A stretch of DNA of 28,503 bases from the UHGV virus genome UHGV-0003692; one strand, given 5' to 3'. A program made the position numbers and the translations under genes. This DNA is from a virus. Shown here piece by piece: positions 17,780 to 27,219 of this stretch; position 1 is the first letter of the stretch; each line of letters starts with the position of its first letter. The notes beneath the pieces were generated by a model, which did not search any database, was not told where the DNA came from, and saw only the letters and a list, made by a program, of their open reading frames with translations.

Positions 17780-19097
17780 TCTCTATGTCCTCGTCGGTAA
17801 TGGATGCCCCGATGCCGGTTACGTCAGAATTTTCGCGCAAATCGGTCATAGCGGCTTTCAGTGTCATCAGACCATCACCCAGCGCCGTACTGATTGCGTT
17901 GGTAGTGTTTAACGCCACCGTTGAGCGATCGACATCAGACATTTGCCAGAGCGGGTTAAACTCAAACGTGAAATCGTCCGGCAGCGGCTTACCGAGTTCC
18001 GAGCGGTGCATAATGTCCAGTATCCGGCGCATCGGCAGCCGTAAGCGGCGCTCCTGCAATGAGCTCACCCGGTCGTAATAGTTGGCGAGGTCTGCGTCAC
18101 CAGTAGAGAAGCCTTTCGGGGATTGACCGAACAGTCGCACCAGCGGGATACCAACGGCACCGCTGATCTGCTCAGCGAACTGCGAAAGAATGTCATCCAG
18201 ACCGCTGAAGCTGTACTGGTGGGTTTCGAACTTATCCCGCGAGTCCATGAGCGTCATGCCTTCATTGCTCTGGAACTGGCGGATCAGGTCGATGTTCTTC
18301 AGCAGCGCTTCATACGCAGGACCACCAAGTGCGATAAGCTCGCGTAGCTTCTCCACGCTGTAGGTACGCAAATGCGCTTTGTAGACCAGCTGCGCCGCGC
18401 CGACAGTGGCGCTGTCGAACGCAGTAAGCCGATCCCAGATACGCTCTACAACCGACATTCCCCATTCGTTTTCGGTCATCTTCTGCTGGAATGGCAGCGT
18501 CACCCCGTCGAAGCGAATCAGGCGACTGTGATGGATGCGCCAGGCTGGAATGCCCGTGGCAGTGGTCACCACATCGTAAAACTCAGGTTTGCCGAGATCC
18601 GGCCCCATCTCTTTAATGCGGCGGGTCAGCACCGGGTTAATCATCCAGCGGTCGAGCGGGAGAATGCCCTTAAACTTGCCTTCTCCAATGGTTTCGAGCC
18701 GCAGCGGGGTCATTGGTGCCTGCCCCTCGATCATGATGAAGCCGACCGCGCCGCCGTAGAGGCGCGACCATTTCAGCACGTCGTTCAGCGCATCCCAGAT
18801 CTGCAACTCATCCAGTTGTGATTCGAGAATGCCGCGATCTTTTGCATCAATTTCCGAAGTGATGCGAATGCCTTTGCGGGTCATATCATCCGGGATAGCG
18901 TCGACCGCTTCGCCGATGATCCAGGACGAACGATAGGACCATTCCACCAGCATGCGGTTGCGGCTGGTGAAGTTAGCCCGGTAGGTCGATGCTGAGTGTT
19001 GGTTAGGCGTCTGCATCCCCACGCGGGCGACAAAGTTCTCATAGCCATCAGCGGTGGCCTGTGCCGTTCGCCGCGTGGCTTGTTTGTTTCGTGCCAT
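17631..19097 (-). CDS. Portal protein
   Basis: 488-aa ORF immediately downstream of the large terminase gene; ATG at 19097 shares one nucleotide with the terminase stop; acidic C-terminus. Confidence 0.65.
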   Translation of the reverse strand: MARNKQATRRTAQATADGYENFVARVGMQTPNQHSASTYRANFTSRNRMLVEWSYRSSWIIGEAVDAIPDDMTRKGIRITSEIDAKDRGILESQLDELQIWDALNDVLKWSRLYGGAVGFIMIEGQAPMTPLRLETIGEGKFKGILPLDRWMINPVLTRRIKEMGPDLGKPEFYDVVTTATGIPAWRIHHSRLIRFDGVTLPFQQKMTENEWGMSVVERIWDRLTAFDSATVGAAQLVYKAHLRTYSVEKLRELIALGGPAYEALLKNIDLIRQFQSNEGMTLMDSRDKFETHQYSFSGLDDILSQFAEQISGAVGIPLVRLFGQSPKGFSTGDADLANYYDRVSSLQERRLRLPMRRILDIMHRSELGKPLPDDFTFEFNPLWQMSDVDRSTVALNTTNAISTALGDGLMTLKAAMTDLRENSDVTGIGASITDEDIENAEDEAPPGIGELGDKPPESPGGDPISNEPTADSAGGRGYRKWSLRWFK

Positions 19098-20719
19098 CAG
19101 GCCTGTCTCCCTAGCAGCTCCCAGATGTTCAGGGCTGAATTCATTGGCGCGTAGCTGATCATCACCGAGTCGGCAAGGTTTGGCGACCGGGTTCCATCAG
19201 GCTGTTTATCAATAACGATTTTCCCCACACCATTAATGGAATAGGTCGGCTGCGAAAGCTCGATGATGAGTTTATCTTTGAGTGCCATGCCACTGCTGAT
19301 TGAGATGATTTCGTCCGGGTTGTAAGCCATACCTTCAACCACGGCGCGCCAGGTATTCTGAAAAAGTTTACGTAACCGCCACCAGCTCTGGGCTTTGGCG
19401 TTAGCGAAGAAGTCCTTGTTCAGACGTGCGGCTTGCCCGTTGTCCCCGCGAACAGCTTCATCATCCGGATCAAATACCGCACCACTACCTCGAAACGGTG
19501 TGGCGAGTATTGACGGTCGGCGCGCAGCGTTACGCAGTTCGTTGATAGCGCGTGCATCGCCGCGAACGCCAGCGCCCAGCCCGTCCTCGTCAAAGCGAAA
19601 CTCCTCGAGGTTGTCCTGTTCGCAAAAGCCGAAAACCTTCTCGACGGACTGATAAATGTCGCTGCCCACACCAGACCATTCCCGCACATTTTCCAGGAGG
19701 AAGCCATGACGGGTGGAAAAGGCATTTTTGTCCCTGCCTTCATCAGCGACATCCATCGCGCCAAGTCGTTTGCCTGTTGGCTGGATACCCAGTTTGATAT
19801 GTGCATCAACGGCAGCCTGTACCCATTCGGATGGAATCAGAACGCCTTCCGCTGATGCGCTGTAGTTCAGATCAAGTTCCTGTGCCACCACCACCGGATT
19901 ATCGATTTTCTCGCATTCCCTGCGATACCACTCTTCATCCTTGCGAGGATCATCCCGCCAGTGGAATGTGAATACCGGTATCTTCCCGCCATGACGCTTC
20001 TGAGCGAACGGGTTAGCCATGCCGTTAACTGAACTCAGGTCGATACGGCAACGCGTCGTTTGTGACAACGCCGCATCAATCAGCAGAGGACGCTGAAGGA
20101 ATGCAGCCTCATCAACCAGATAAAGCGTGGTACGGTCACCACGACCAATATTATCGCCAGCCTCGCCTTTGATAACGGCACCAGTTTCAGGAAACTCAAC
20201 ACGCATATATGGCGCGTGCTTCTTCTCGCTCCACGAACCGCGAAACTCTACAGGTAGCGTTTCCACGAACTTGCGTGCCTTCCAGAACAATGCTTTCGGG
20301 TCACCAGTGCTGTCGACGTATTCCTCTTTACGGGAGCCGAAACCGATAACCATTTCTTTGTTGAAGAGACAAAGCGAGCAGGCCAGTCCGATCGCGGTCC
20401 AACTGAGCCCCATTTCACGGGATTTTTCGGTAATACCATTCTCCCGATTGCCCCAGCGTTCCATAATCCAGTGGATCCACTCCTCCTGCTTAGGGAAGAG
20501 TAAAAACGGAATGGTCACCGGCAGGCCATAATCAATATTACGCGGGTCCGTTGTCATGCCCCAGTCGATGATGAACTGAGCCGGATTGGTTCGGTAAAAC
20601 TGTTTTAGTGCAGGCAATATTTCAGGATTCTGGCGAATGCGCTGTAAGCGTTCCATCCGCCATTCAAAAACCATCTGGTAATCAGGATGTTTAAAATCGA
20701 AGGGGAATGGTAACGGCAT
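19097..20719 (-). CDS. Terminase large subunit
   Basis: 540-aa ORF following the small subunit gene; ATPase-like N-terminal half and nuclease-like C-terminal half by composition and length. Confidence 0.7.
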   Translation of the reverse strand: MPLPFPFDFKHPDYQMVFEWRMERLQRIRQNPEILPALKQFYRTNPAQFIIDWGMTTDPRNIDYGLPVTIPFLLFPKQEEWIHWIMERWGNRENGITEKSREMGLSWTAIGLACSLCLFNKEMVIGFGSRKEEYVDSTGDPKALFWKARKFVETLPVEFRGSWSEKKHAPYMRVEFPETGAVIKGEAGDNIGRGDRTTLYLVDEAAFLQRPLLIDAALSQTTRCRIDLSSVNGMANPFAQKRHGGKIPVFTFHWRDDPRKDEEWYRRECEKIDNPVVVAQELDLNYSASAEGVLIPSEWVQAAVDAHIKLGIQPTGKRLGAMDVADEGRDKNAFSTRHGFLLENVREWSGVGSDIYQSVEKVFGFCEQDNLEEFRFDEDGLGAGVRGDARAINELRNAARRPSILATPFRGSGAVFDPDDEAVRGDNGQAARLNKDFFANAKAQSWWRLRKLFQNTWRAVVEGMAYNPDEIISISSGMALKDKLIIELSQPTYSINGVGKIVIDKQPDGTRSPNLADSVMISYAPMNSALNIWELLGRQA

Positions 20720-20721
20720 AC

Positions 20722-21276
20722 TTAGCCCATCATTTTTCTATACGCCTCTGCAGCCTGCTCCGGCGTTAAGTTGGTAATTTCTGTTCTGACTGGTCCTCCA
20801 TCAGCGCCAGTCACTTCATTTTTGACGTTGTCTTTAAACGCCTGAACAGAAACATGACGCCCAAGCAACTCAAGGTTTTTAACCTTATCAGGCCATTTGA
20901 TTTTCTTCAGGAGAGCAGCACTATCTGCTGATGCCATCTCGACGACATCCATTCCTGATAGCGTTGTACGCCACACCTTAGGCCAGTCTTTAATCGGCTT
21001 CAGTTCGCCATTGGCAAGCAGAATGTCAAGCACGTCCATCTGATCGATTTCAGTCAGCCGTCGCAATACATAGGCAGCGTCTATACCTACCTCTTCATTG
21101 CGTTCAGCCTTTAGCTCAGCAATGCGTTTTGCGATATTAGGTTTTATAAGGTTCTCGCACCCCTGTGAGGCGGCAGAATCCTCGCTGTAACCCGCCCTGA
21201 TAGCTGCCTGAGTAGCGTTTAAATCTTTCAGGTACTCACGGGCAAACAGCTCTTGTTTGTCTGTGAGCTTTGCCAT
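20722..21276 (-). CDS. Terminase small subunit
   Basis: 184-aa ORF; N-terminus [31 protein letters not shown] is a hallmark of one small-terminase family; directly upstream of the large subunit. Confidence 0.7.
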   Translation of the reverse strand: MAKLTDKQELFAREYLKDLNATQAAIRAGYSEDSAASQGCENLIKPNIAKRIAELKAERNEEVGIDAAYVLRRLTEIDQMDVLDILLANGELKPIKDWPKVWRTTLSGMDVVEMASADSAALLKKIKWPDKVKNLELLGRHVSVQAFKDNVKNEVTGADGGPVRTEITNLTPEQAAEAYRKMMG

Positions 21277-21573
21277 TATTTGTGCTCCGTTTATCCGTTA
21301 AAAGGGATATCAGTTAAGTTATCCCGTGTAGGGTATAAGCCATTGTCGAGACCACTCATTGAATGGCCTCTGCAATAACCGATGTCTTTCCATCAGTCCG
21401 CCACCACAAAGAATCTTTTTTGCCATAAGGCAGGAGGTTCATCTTTCAGTGGCTGCCAGTGTTATTTCCCCACTTTCTGGCTTGGGTTGTTTCGTGGTAC
21501 TGCCGTTAACTGGTGGCCCAGAATAAATTCCGGTTTCATTATCAAGCCCACCCGTAAATGGGCTTTGTAATGG

Positions 21574-21837
21574 CTACTTCACTTTTGCTTTTGCTTCCGC
21601 TCGCTTACGCCGGCGCTCTTCTTTCCTCTCGGCTTTTGCCATGTCCATGAATGCCTGCATGATCGAGTTCCGCATCATGTAGCTAACAAAGTGATGATTG
21701 ACACAGCCGTTGAGGCGCAGCTGCTCGCCAAACTCATCCACCGAGGCCAATGCTTCCATCATGCCCTTCTCGCCTTTCATGAACTCTGAGAAGTCGCGCC
21801 CCGCTCTGGAGGCGCATTCAATGACACGATCACTCAT
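21574..21837 (-). CDS. Hypothetical protein with basic C-terminal tail
   Basis: 87-aa ORF; ATG at 21837 overlaps the upstream stop (ATGA); C-terminus ERKEERRRKRAEAKAKVK. Confidence 0.4.
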   Translation of the reverse strand: MSDRVIECASRAGRDFSEFMKGEKGMMEALASVDEFGEQLRLNGCVNHHFVSYMMRNSIMQAFMDMAKAERKEERRRKRAEAKAKVK

Positions 21838-22331
21838 CCCGGAAGCCCGGGGATCGTAATCTGCAGCTGGTTAGCCAGGGAGTTAATCTCAGCGACCAAC
21901 ACTGGCTTCGTATAGCGCCATGCCGCCAGCCCTTGTCCGCAGAAGCTCGCCATGTCTTTCTTCTGGTCAAACTCATGACATTTCATGTTGAGCTGCGCAC
22001 TTAAGCTGTTGCGATGCTGAAGTTCTCCGGTGAAGTAGTCATCGAGGACTTTATAAGCCGCGTACTTGAACCCGGGGTTTAACCAAGCCGCATAATCGTA
22101 AGCAACAAACTTCCCGCCATATGTTCCACCGTGTACACCGCGCTCAGTAAAAACCACAGATTCGTGGTTTTTCTCCAGCTCGGCTAAGAACTCTTTGGTC
22201 TGCTTGTTTCGCAGGTAGTGGTAAGGCGATTCAGATTCACTTTTACCACTGGCTTTCCACATATCAGTGAGGCAGATCATGCCATCTTCACCGATACGAA
22301 TTGGTTGATTGAAGAGGGTTAATGATTTCAT
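21834..22331 (-). CDS. KilA-N domain-like protein (candidate)
   Basis: 165-aa ORF between the lysis cassette and terminase; N-terminal region (FNQPIRIGEDGMICLTDMWKASGK...) resembles KilA-N/Bro-N type domains by recollection. Confidence 0.4.
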   Translation of the reverse strand: MKSLTLFNQPIRIGEDGMICLTDMWKASGKSESESPYHYLRNKQTKEFLAELEKNHESVVFTERGVHGGTYGGKFVAYDYAAWLNPGFKYAAYKVLDDYFTGELQHRNSLSAQLNMKCHEFDQKKDMASFCGQGLAAWRYTKPVLVAEINSLANQLQITIPGLPG

Positions 22332-22454
22332 AGCGTGTACCTACTCTTTGAAATGAACCTTTGCCGCACAGGAAACCAGCCCACCGAGGCTCGCCAGCAC
22401 TAACTGGTATCCTCAAAGGCCCATTCCAAAGGGGCAGGTTCGGTGTAAAAAACA

Positions 22455-22500
22455 TGCGTTGCGGTACGCATTTATTGCAAAAAGCCCCGCATCGCGAGGC
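22455..22500 (-). terminator. Tandem intrinsic terminator candidates downstream of Rz
   Basis: Minus strand: GCCUCGC-GAU-GCGGGGC (one G-U pair) followed by UUUUUGC, then ATGCGT-ACCGCA-ACGCAT followed by GUUUUUU. Confidence 0.45.
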
Positions 22501-22532
22501 TCATTAAATGGACTTTGTGATTTGCAAAAAAA

Positions 22533-22970
22533 TTATTTCAGGCATTGCGTCCTGATGTATTCCTGCAGGTAGTTAACCTGCGCGGTTATCTTGTCGATTC
22601 CACTTCGGAGACGGTAATAATTGAGTTCAGCATCTGCTGTAAGTCCTGGGCTTTCTCCATCGCCCATGCCGCTGGCTCCGGTCGTTGACTTTGCACAGGT
22701 GGCGGCGACTTGCAGGCGCTTACGCCCAGCAGAAACATCATCACGGAGACTTTCGATAGTCGCGTTAGCATCAGCAAGCTCCTTTGTATATCTGGCATCG
22801 AGTTCTGCTACATCACGTTGACGCTTCTGCATGTCAGCGATAATGAATGCGGCCTTATCGCGCTGTTCTTTGTAGGTCATGGCGTTATCACGGTAATGAT
22901 TAACAGCCCATGACAGGCAGACGATGATGCAGATAATCAGAGCGGAAATAATCGCGGTGACTCTGCTCAT
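22533..22970 (-). CDS. Rz: Spanin inner-membrane subunit Rz (i-spanin)
   Basis: 145-aa ORF; N-terminal 30 residues ([30 protein letters not shown]) nearly identical to lambda Rz as recalled; ATGA overlap with the endolysin stop. Confidence 0.8.
   Translation of the reverse strand: MSRVTAIISALIICIIVCLSWAVNHYRDNAMTYKEQRDKAAFIIADMQKRQRDVAELDARYTKELADANATIESLRDDVSAGRKRLQVAATCAKSTTGASGMGDGESPGLTADAELNYYRLRSGIDKITAQVNYLQEYIRTQCLK
22586..22771 (-). CDS. Rz1: Spanin outer-membrane lipoprotein Rz1 (o-spanin), embedded in Rz in +1 frame
   Basis: ORF nested inside Rz; from the internal Met gives signal [19 protein letters not shown] followed by Cys (lipobox VSAC) and a Pro-rich mature part. Start among three in-frame Met codons is uncertain. 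Confidence 0.6.
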   Translation of the reverse strand: MLTRLSKVSVMMFLLGVSACKSPPPVQSQRPEPAAWAMEKAQDLQQMLNSIITVSEVESTR

Positions 22971-23443
22971 ACCTCAATCTCTCTGACCGTTCCGCCAGCC
23001 TCTTTGAATTTTGCAATCAGGCTGTCAACCTTATGCTCGAACTGACCATAACCAGCGCCCGGCAGTGAAGCCCAGATATTGCTGCAACGGTCGATTGCCT
23101 GACGGATATCACCGCGATCAATCATCGGCAAAGCGCCACGCTCCTTAATCTGCTGCAATGCAACAGCATCCTGGCTTTTCGGAGAGAAGTCTTTCAGGCC
23201 AAGCTGCTTACGATAGGCATCCCACCAACGGGAAAGAAGCTGGTAACGTCCGGCTGCCGTTGATTTGAGTTTTGGGTTTAGCGTGACAAGTTTGCGAGGG
23301 TGATCGGAGTAATCAGTGAATAGCTCTCCGCCAACAATGACGTCATAACCATGATTTCTGGTTTTTTGACGTCCGTTATCAGTTCCCTCTGACCACGCCA
23401 GCATATCGAGGAACGCCTTACGTTGATTATTGATTTCCACCAT
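22967..23443 (-). CDS. R: Endolysin R (lytic transglycosylase, lambda R-like)
   Basis: 158-aa ORF; translation almost identical to lambda R as recalled ([39 protein letters not shown]...). Confidence 0.9.
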   Translation of the reverse strand: MVEINNQRKAFLDMLAWSEGTDNGRQKTRNHGYDVIVGGELFTDYSDHPRKLVTLNPKLKSTAAGRYQLLSRWWDAYRKQLGLKDFSPKSQDAVALQQIKERGALPMIDRGDIRQAIDRCSNIWASLPGAGYGQFEHKVDSLIAKFKEAGGTVREIEV

Positions 23444-23750
23444 CTTCTACTCCGGCTTTTTTAGCAGCGAAGCGTTTGATAAGCGAACCAATCGAGTCAG
23501 TACCGATGTAGCCGATGAACACGCTCGTTATATAAGCGAGATTGCTACTTAGTCCGGCGAAGTCGAGAAGGTCACGAATGAACCAGGCGATAATGGCGCA
23601 CATCGTTGCGTCGATTACTGTTTTTGTAAACGCACCGCCATTATATCTGCCGCGAAGGTACGCCATTGCAAACGCAAGGATTGCCCCGATGCCTTGTTCC
23701 TTTGCCGCGAGAATGGCGGCTAACAGGTCATGTTTTTCTGGCATCTTCAT
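23427..23750 (-). CDS. S: Holin S (lambda S107/S105 dual-start holin/antiholin)
   Basis: 107-aa ORF beginning Met-Lys-Met (ATG at 23750 and 23744), essentially identical to lambda S as recalled. Confidence 0.9.
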   Translation of the reverse strand: MKMPEKHDLLAAILAAKEQGIGAILAFAMAYLRGRYNGGAFTKTVIDATMCAIIAWFIRDLLDFAGLSSNLAYITSVFIGYIGTDSIGSLIKRFAAKKAGVEDGGNQ

Positions 23751-23867
23751 GTCTTACCCACAATAAGGGGATTTGCTCTATTTAATTAGGAATAATGTCG
23801 ATTACTGATAGAACAAATCCAGGCTACTGTGTTTAGTAATCAGATTTGTTCGTGACCGATATGCACG

Positions 23868-23905
23868 GGCAAAACGGCAGGAGGTTGTTAGCGCAACCTC
23901 CTGCC
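23868..23905 (-). terminator. tR'-like intrinsic terminator downstream of the late promoter
   Basis: Perfect 12-bp stem GGCAGGAGGTTG / CAACCTCCTGCC with 6-nt loop (23876-23905), followed on the minus strand by GUUUUG. Confidence 0.7.
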
Positions 23906-24149
23906 ACCCGCTTTCACGAAGGTCATGTGTAGAAGGCCGCAGCGTAACTATCACTGATGAATTCAGGATAGCCAGTGGCTACGGCTCAGTTTGGATTGTG
24001 GCGACCGGTGCTGATCTCCGGTTTGCTGCAACTGCCTACAGCGGGCTACGTGGCCACACCGAATCCAGCGAAAGATTCTTGCCCTTACACATCAGCCTGT
24101 GCATTCACCACAACGATAAGAGCACTGCGCGGCACCTTTCACCTATTCC

Positions 24150-24249
24150 GCGAGGTCTGCGGGTTCAATGCTCTTACCTGTTATGCAAACAAAAAAAGCC
24201 ACCGTTGCAACTTAAGAGTCACTAACGGCAGCTTACCCTCTAATTATGG
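24150..24249 (-). promoter_or_regulatory. Late promoter PR' / Q-utilisation (qut) region (approximate)
   Basis: Non-coding stretch immediately downstream of Q containing TTGCAA and a nearby CATAAC/TGCATAA element on the minus strand; exact -35/-10 and start site not resolved. Confidence 0.3.
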
Positions 24250-24768
24250 CTAAATGGCTAATTGCATGTCAAGGCTTTTAACAGCAACATGCTTAACTTT
24301 CTCAACACGTTTACGCATTTTGAAAGCGTTTTGCATTGGCTGGTACAAAACAAATAACGACGCTTTCAGGATGTCGTCAATTTCGTTTCTACAGGTTGCC
24401 AGTGAAGGTTTTCTCCATCCCTCACCACCACGTCCACACATCTTGCGTGGCTTTGCAGTCGCGTGATAGTAGGATGCAATTGCTCGCTTAGATGAACCAT
24501 GAGCGTAGTAGCTGAGGAGGATGCCAAAGGCTTTCTTGTCAATGTACATGACGGAATCGACGACCTGAGAAATCAACATTCCATCATCATCATTGCACAT
24601 TGGCCTTGTCATAACTCTTCCCGGCTCTACGCTCTCCATGAACTTCGCTATTACGCTGCTCATGCGCTTTTCCAGACGACCTGAATAAACCCATGCGCCC
24701 CACAGTTCAAGCCAGCCATTCAGCCACTCGTGCTGCTCTTTGGTGAGGTTTAGTTCTCTTATGCCCAC
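24250..24768 (-). CDS. Q: Late-gene antiterminator Q (phage 82/21-type family)
   Basis: 172-aa ORF upstream of the lysis cassette; shares LE.WGAW and RP.C.DDD motifs with 82/21-type Q proteins as recalled. Start is GTG at 24768 with GGGAGAAGG ribosome-binding site; first in-frame ATG would delete the conserved N-terminus. Confidence 0.6.
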   Translation of the reverse strand: MGIRELNLTKEQHEWLNGWLELWGAWVYSGRLEKRMSSVIAKFMESVEPGRVMTRPMCNDDDGMLISQVVDSVMYIDKKAFGILLSYYAHGSSKRAIASYYHATAKPRKMCGRGGEGWRKPSLATCRNEIDDILKASLFVLYQPMQNAFKMRKRVEKVKHVAVKSLDMQLAI

Positions 24769-25430
24769 GCGCCTTCTCCCTGTACCTGAATCAATGTGAG
24801 GTTTCCGCAGAACACTGCGCCGGTATCGATATACATCTGGTTGGCAAACTTGAGTGGTTTCACTGCTGGCGTATGACCAAAGATGAACGTGTCCGCTCCT
24901 TTGATTTCTTTCACGATCCCGTCTTGTGAGTTGCTGATTCGTTCGCGGTTCCAGATTACCTGCTGATGATCAACTGACTTTCCAAACTCGTATTCGTTAC
25001 AAGGATAATCGGCGTGGCAAATGACATATTTTTTATCTTTGCTCACCAGCTCGATGATTAACGGAAGTTCATCTGCTTTATGGGCAAGAGCTTTAGCCAG
25101 AATTTCTTTGTCGTAATCGAGATTAAAGAACCAGCCACCGCCATTAAACAGCCAGTGATTGACGTTTCCACGCTCTGATAAGCCATCAATCATCATTTGC
25201 TCATGGTTTCCACGTACAGCTCGGAACCAGGGGAATGTGATTAATTCCAGACATTCGACGTTCTCTGTACCGCGATCGACCAAATCGCCAACCGAGATAA
25301 GCAGGTCTTTTTTGGTGTCGAATCCTATCGTCTCCAGTTTTTTCATCAGGTTCGTGTAGCATCCGTGCAGATCGCCAACTACCCAAATATTTCGGTATTT
25401 GCTGCCATCAATTCTTTCGTAATAGCGCAT
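24759..25430 (-). CDS. Ser/Thr protein phosphatase (lambda phosphatase, NinI-like)
   Basis: Translation from the internal ATG at 25430 ([29 protein letters not shown]...GNHE...) is nearly identical to lambda protein phosphatase as recalled; metallophosphoesterase motifs GDLHG, GDLVDRG, GNHE visible. Confidence 0.85.
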   Translation of the reverse strand: MRYYERIDGSKYRNIWVVGDLHGCYTNLMKKLETIGFDTKKDLLISVGDLVDRGTENVECLELITFPWFRAVRGNHEQMMIDGLSERGNVNHWLFNGGGWFFNLDYDKEILAKALAHKADELPLIIELVSKDKKYVICHADYPCNEYEFGKSVDHQQVIWNRERISNSQDGIVKEIKGADTFIFGHTPAVKPLKFANQMYIDTGAVFCGNLTLIQVQGEGAWA

Positions 25431-25614
25431 CTCTTTCACTCCATCCGCGATGAACCATAAGAACGTCGTTGACGATGGCGTGCATTTTCCCGTCTTTATC
25501 ATCAACGTATTTTCTGACCGTACCGCGACTACATTTCAGTCTGCGTGCTACTTCTGTCTGGTTTCCGTATGCTTCAACGAGCATGTCTGGAATGGTTTTT
25601 ACTGAGAACGTCAT
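25408..25614 (-). CDS. ninH: NinH protein
   Basis: 68-aa product from ATG 25614 ([37 protein letters not shown]...) matches lambda NinH as recalled; ATGA overlap with the rusA-like stop. Confidence 0.8.
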   Translation of the reverse strand: MTFSVKTIPDMLVEAYGNQTEVARRLKCSRGTVRKYVDDKDGKMHAIVNDVLMVHRGWSERDALLRKN

Positions 25615-26006
25615 GCGGCCTCCAGTAGCTCTGTAATCATTGGCAAACTGCCGCATGTTTCAGTCACAACCAACAAAAGCATTCCGCCTTTAATCGCCTG
25701 ATAGCGAATGACGCGCATATCGTCTATCTGACCGTCATCCAGCCAGAAGCCCGCACTGGTGAGTGCGTCAAAAACGGCTTTTGGCAGATTGTCCAAATCT
25801 CGTTTGCGGTTATCGGGAGGTGCTGCGTGGATGGTTATTCTGATGCGAGGTGTGATTTTGATGTCTAGCTGTTGTTGCTGGATTAATTCGATTACTTCTT
25901 CTTGGTATCTCTTCCCCCAGTCGCTGATGTAGTGGATCCCTCTTGAGTGTCGCCAATATCGGTTGTTTGAAGGAGGCCACGGCAATTTTATTCGGTAGGT
26001 TTTCAT
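25611..26006 (-). CDS. rusA: RusA-family Holliday junction resolvase
   Basis: 131-aa ORF with LPWPPSNNRYW and RDLDNL motifs and FWLDDGQ, characteristic of RusA. Confidence 0.75.
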   Translation of the reverse strand: MKTYRIKLPWPPSNNRYWRHSRGIHYISDWGKRYQEEVIELIQQQQLDIKITPRIRITIHAAPPDNRKRDLDNLPKAVFDALTSAGFWLDDGQIDDMRVIRYQAIKGGMLLLVVTETCGSLPMITELLEAA

Positions 26007-26293
26007 GACTTAATCTTCCCCTCCTTCAGCAGTATCGCCTGCGTCCTGATCACGCCTTCGAGGTGGTAAAGTCTGGCGTCTTTGTTGTCGAGGTTATGGG
26101 TGCGTCGGTCGATTTCATCGTGACACGCGCTACAAGCCCATGCGCCGATCAGGTCGTCAGGCTTCATTCCCGTTCCGCAAATTCCAGCCATCCGGTAATG
26201 TGCCAGAACTGTAGTTTCAGGATTACCATTGCATATGCCGTAAATACGTACCTGGCATTCTCTGCCGCGCGCTTCTTTGCGTAGATTAGCCAT
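26003..26293 (-). CDS. DUF1364-family protein (YbcO-like, Cys-rich)
   Basis: 96-aa ORF; RGRECQVR...CNGNPET...CSACHDEIDRR resembles E. coli prophage protein YbcO as recalled; ATGA overlap with the rusA-like start. Confidence 0.6.
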   Translation of the reverse strand: MANLRKEARGRECQVRIYGICNGNPETTVLAHYRMAGICGTGMKPDDLIGAWACSACHDEIDRRTHNLDNKDARLYHLEGVIRTQAILLKEGKIKS

Positions 26294-26512
26294 TTAATAC
26301 TCCAGTTCAGGGTCATTTTTTAGGTCATGTTTTTTGCAGAATTGCTGCCACTCTCTTTCCAGCCGCTTACCTGTAAATTTCACTCTGCATTTTGAGTAAG
26401 TGCTAATGGCATTAAATGGTGCTGAGCCTTCAAGAAATCGAGAGCGGAATACTTCTGCCACAGGTACTAAAACCAAATACAAATAATCAGAGCTACTAAA
26501 CGAATCACTCAT
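26294..26512 (-). CDS. Hypothetical nin-region protein
   Basis: 72-aa ORF; ATG at 26512 lies within the last codons of NinF (8-nt overlap); no family recognised. Confidence 0.4.
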   Translation of the reverse strand: MSDSFSSSDYLYLVLVPVAEVFRSRFLEGSAPFNAISTYSKCRVKFTGKRLEREWQQFCKKHDLKNDPELEY

Positions 26513-26681
26513 CGTCTTCTTCCTCGTACATTGAGCTATTCGGATCGCTCATCAGTTCTGCGCAGCAGTGCTCACACACGTGAACTTCCAGCACATGCAG
26601 CTTCTGACCGCAGTTAGCGCACGTTAAAGCCCGCTCGACGCTTTCTTTCTGGTATTGAAGGGATTGGGATGGGCTAAGCAT
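26505..26681 (-). CDS. ninF: NinF protein
   Basis: Not in the supplied track (58 aa). Hand translation from ATG 26681 gives MLSPSQSLQYQKESVERALTCANCGQKLHVLEVHVCEHCCAELMSDPNSSMYEEEDDE, stop TGA 26505-26507; matches lambda NinF as recalled. Confidence 0.7.
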   Translation of the reverse strand: MLSPSQSLQYQKESVERALTCANCGQKLHVLEVHVCEHCCAELMSDPNSSMYEEEDDE

Positions 26682-27040
26682 TATTGGATTCTCTGCATCA
26701 TGAGAAAGACAATCATGGCGGCGCGGAGGGGATTTTCATGTATAGCTCGCTTAGATTTACAGTAGGCCACACCGCGTGCACCCCACTCGTCTTCATCGAG
26801 ATTGATAATGCTAATCCTGTATTTTTCAATAATCGGCCATGCGTCTGCTGGGTTTGCGCATGGGTTAAAGGATCCGCGCTCAACTTCTACTTCAACTGCG
26901 TCTCCGTTTACAATGTCTCCCTCAAATGAGATAAACACCATCGCGCCATTCTCACCTTCTTTGTAATCCGGTGATCCGTTATGAATGGCTTCGAATACCG
27001 CCACGTTAATTTCAAAATCACTTAACTGTGAATAATCCAT
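26681..27040 (-). CDS. Hypothetical nin-region protein
   Basis: Track ORF 26681-27082; ATG at 27040 (MDYSQLSD...) is best placed relative to GAGGAA; ATG at 27046 would form an ATGA overlap with the NinE stop. Acidic protein, no family assigned. Confidence 0.45.
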   Translation of the reverse strand: MDYSQLSDFEINVAVFEAIHNGSPDYKEGENGAMVFISFEGDIVNGDAVEVEVERGSFNPCANPADAWPIIEKYRISIINLDEDEWGARGVAYCKSKRAIHENPLRAAMIVFLMMQRIQ

Positions 27041-27042
27041 TG

Positions 27043-27219
27043 TCATTTCCTCGCACGATGTCTTAGCCACCGGATATCCCACAGGTGAGCTGTGTAATTG
27101 AAGGTTTTTACGTCAGATTCTTTTGGGATTGGCTTGGGTTTATTTCTGGAGCGTTTCGTTGGAAGGTATTTGCAGTTTTCACAGATTATGTCGGTGATAC
27201 TTCGTCGCTGTCGTCTCAT
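27043..27219 (-). CDS. ninE: NinE protein
   Basis: 58-aa product from ATG 27219 ([27 protein letters not shown]...) matches lambda NinE as recalled; AGGAGGG ribosome-binding site; ATGA overlap with the methyltransferase stop. Confidence 0.75.
   Translation of the reverse strand: MRRQRRSITDIICENCKYLPTKRSRNKPKPIPKESDVKTFNYTAHLWDIRWLRHRARK

Noticed and set aside
23906-24249. Possible tRNA gene between Q and the holin (as in some Stx-type lambdoid phages); plus-strand ORFs 23975-24253 and 23998-24225
   Set aside because: By eye there is no cloverleaf: no matching acceptor stem, no GTTCRANYC T-loop with paired arm. The plus-strand ORFs have no start context and lie in the late-promoter region. 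A covariance-model tRNA search would settle it.
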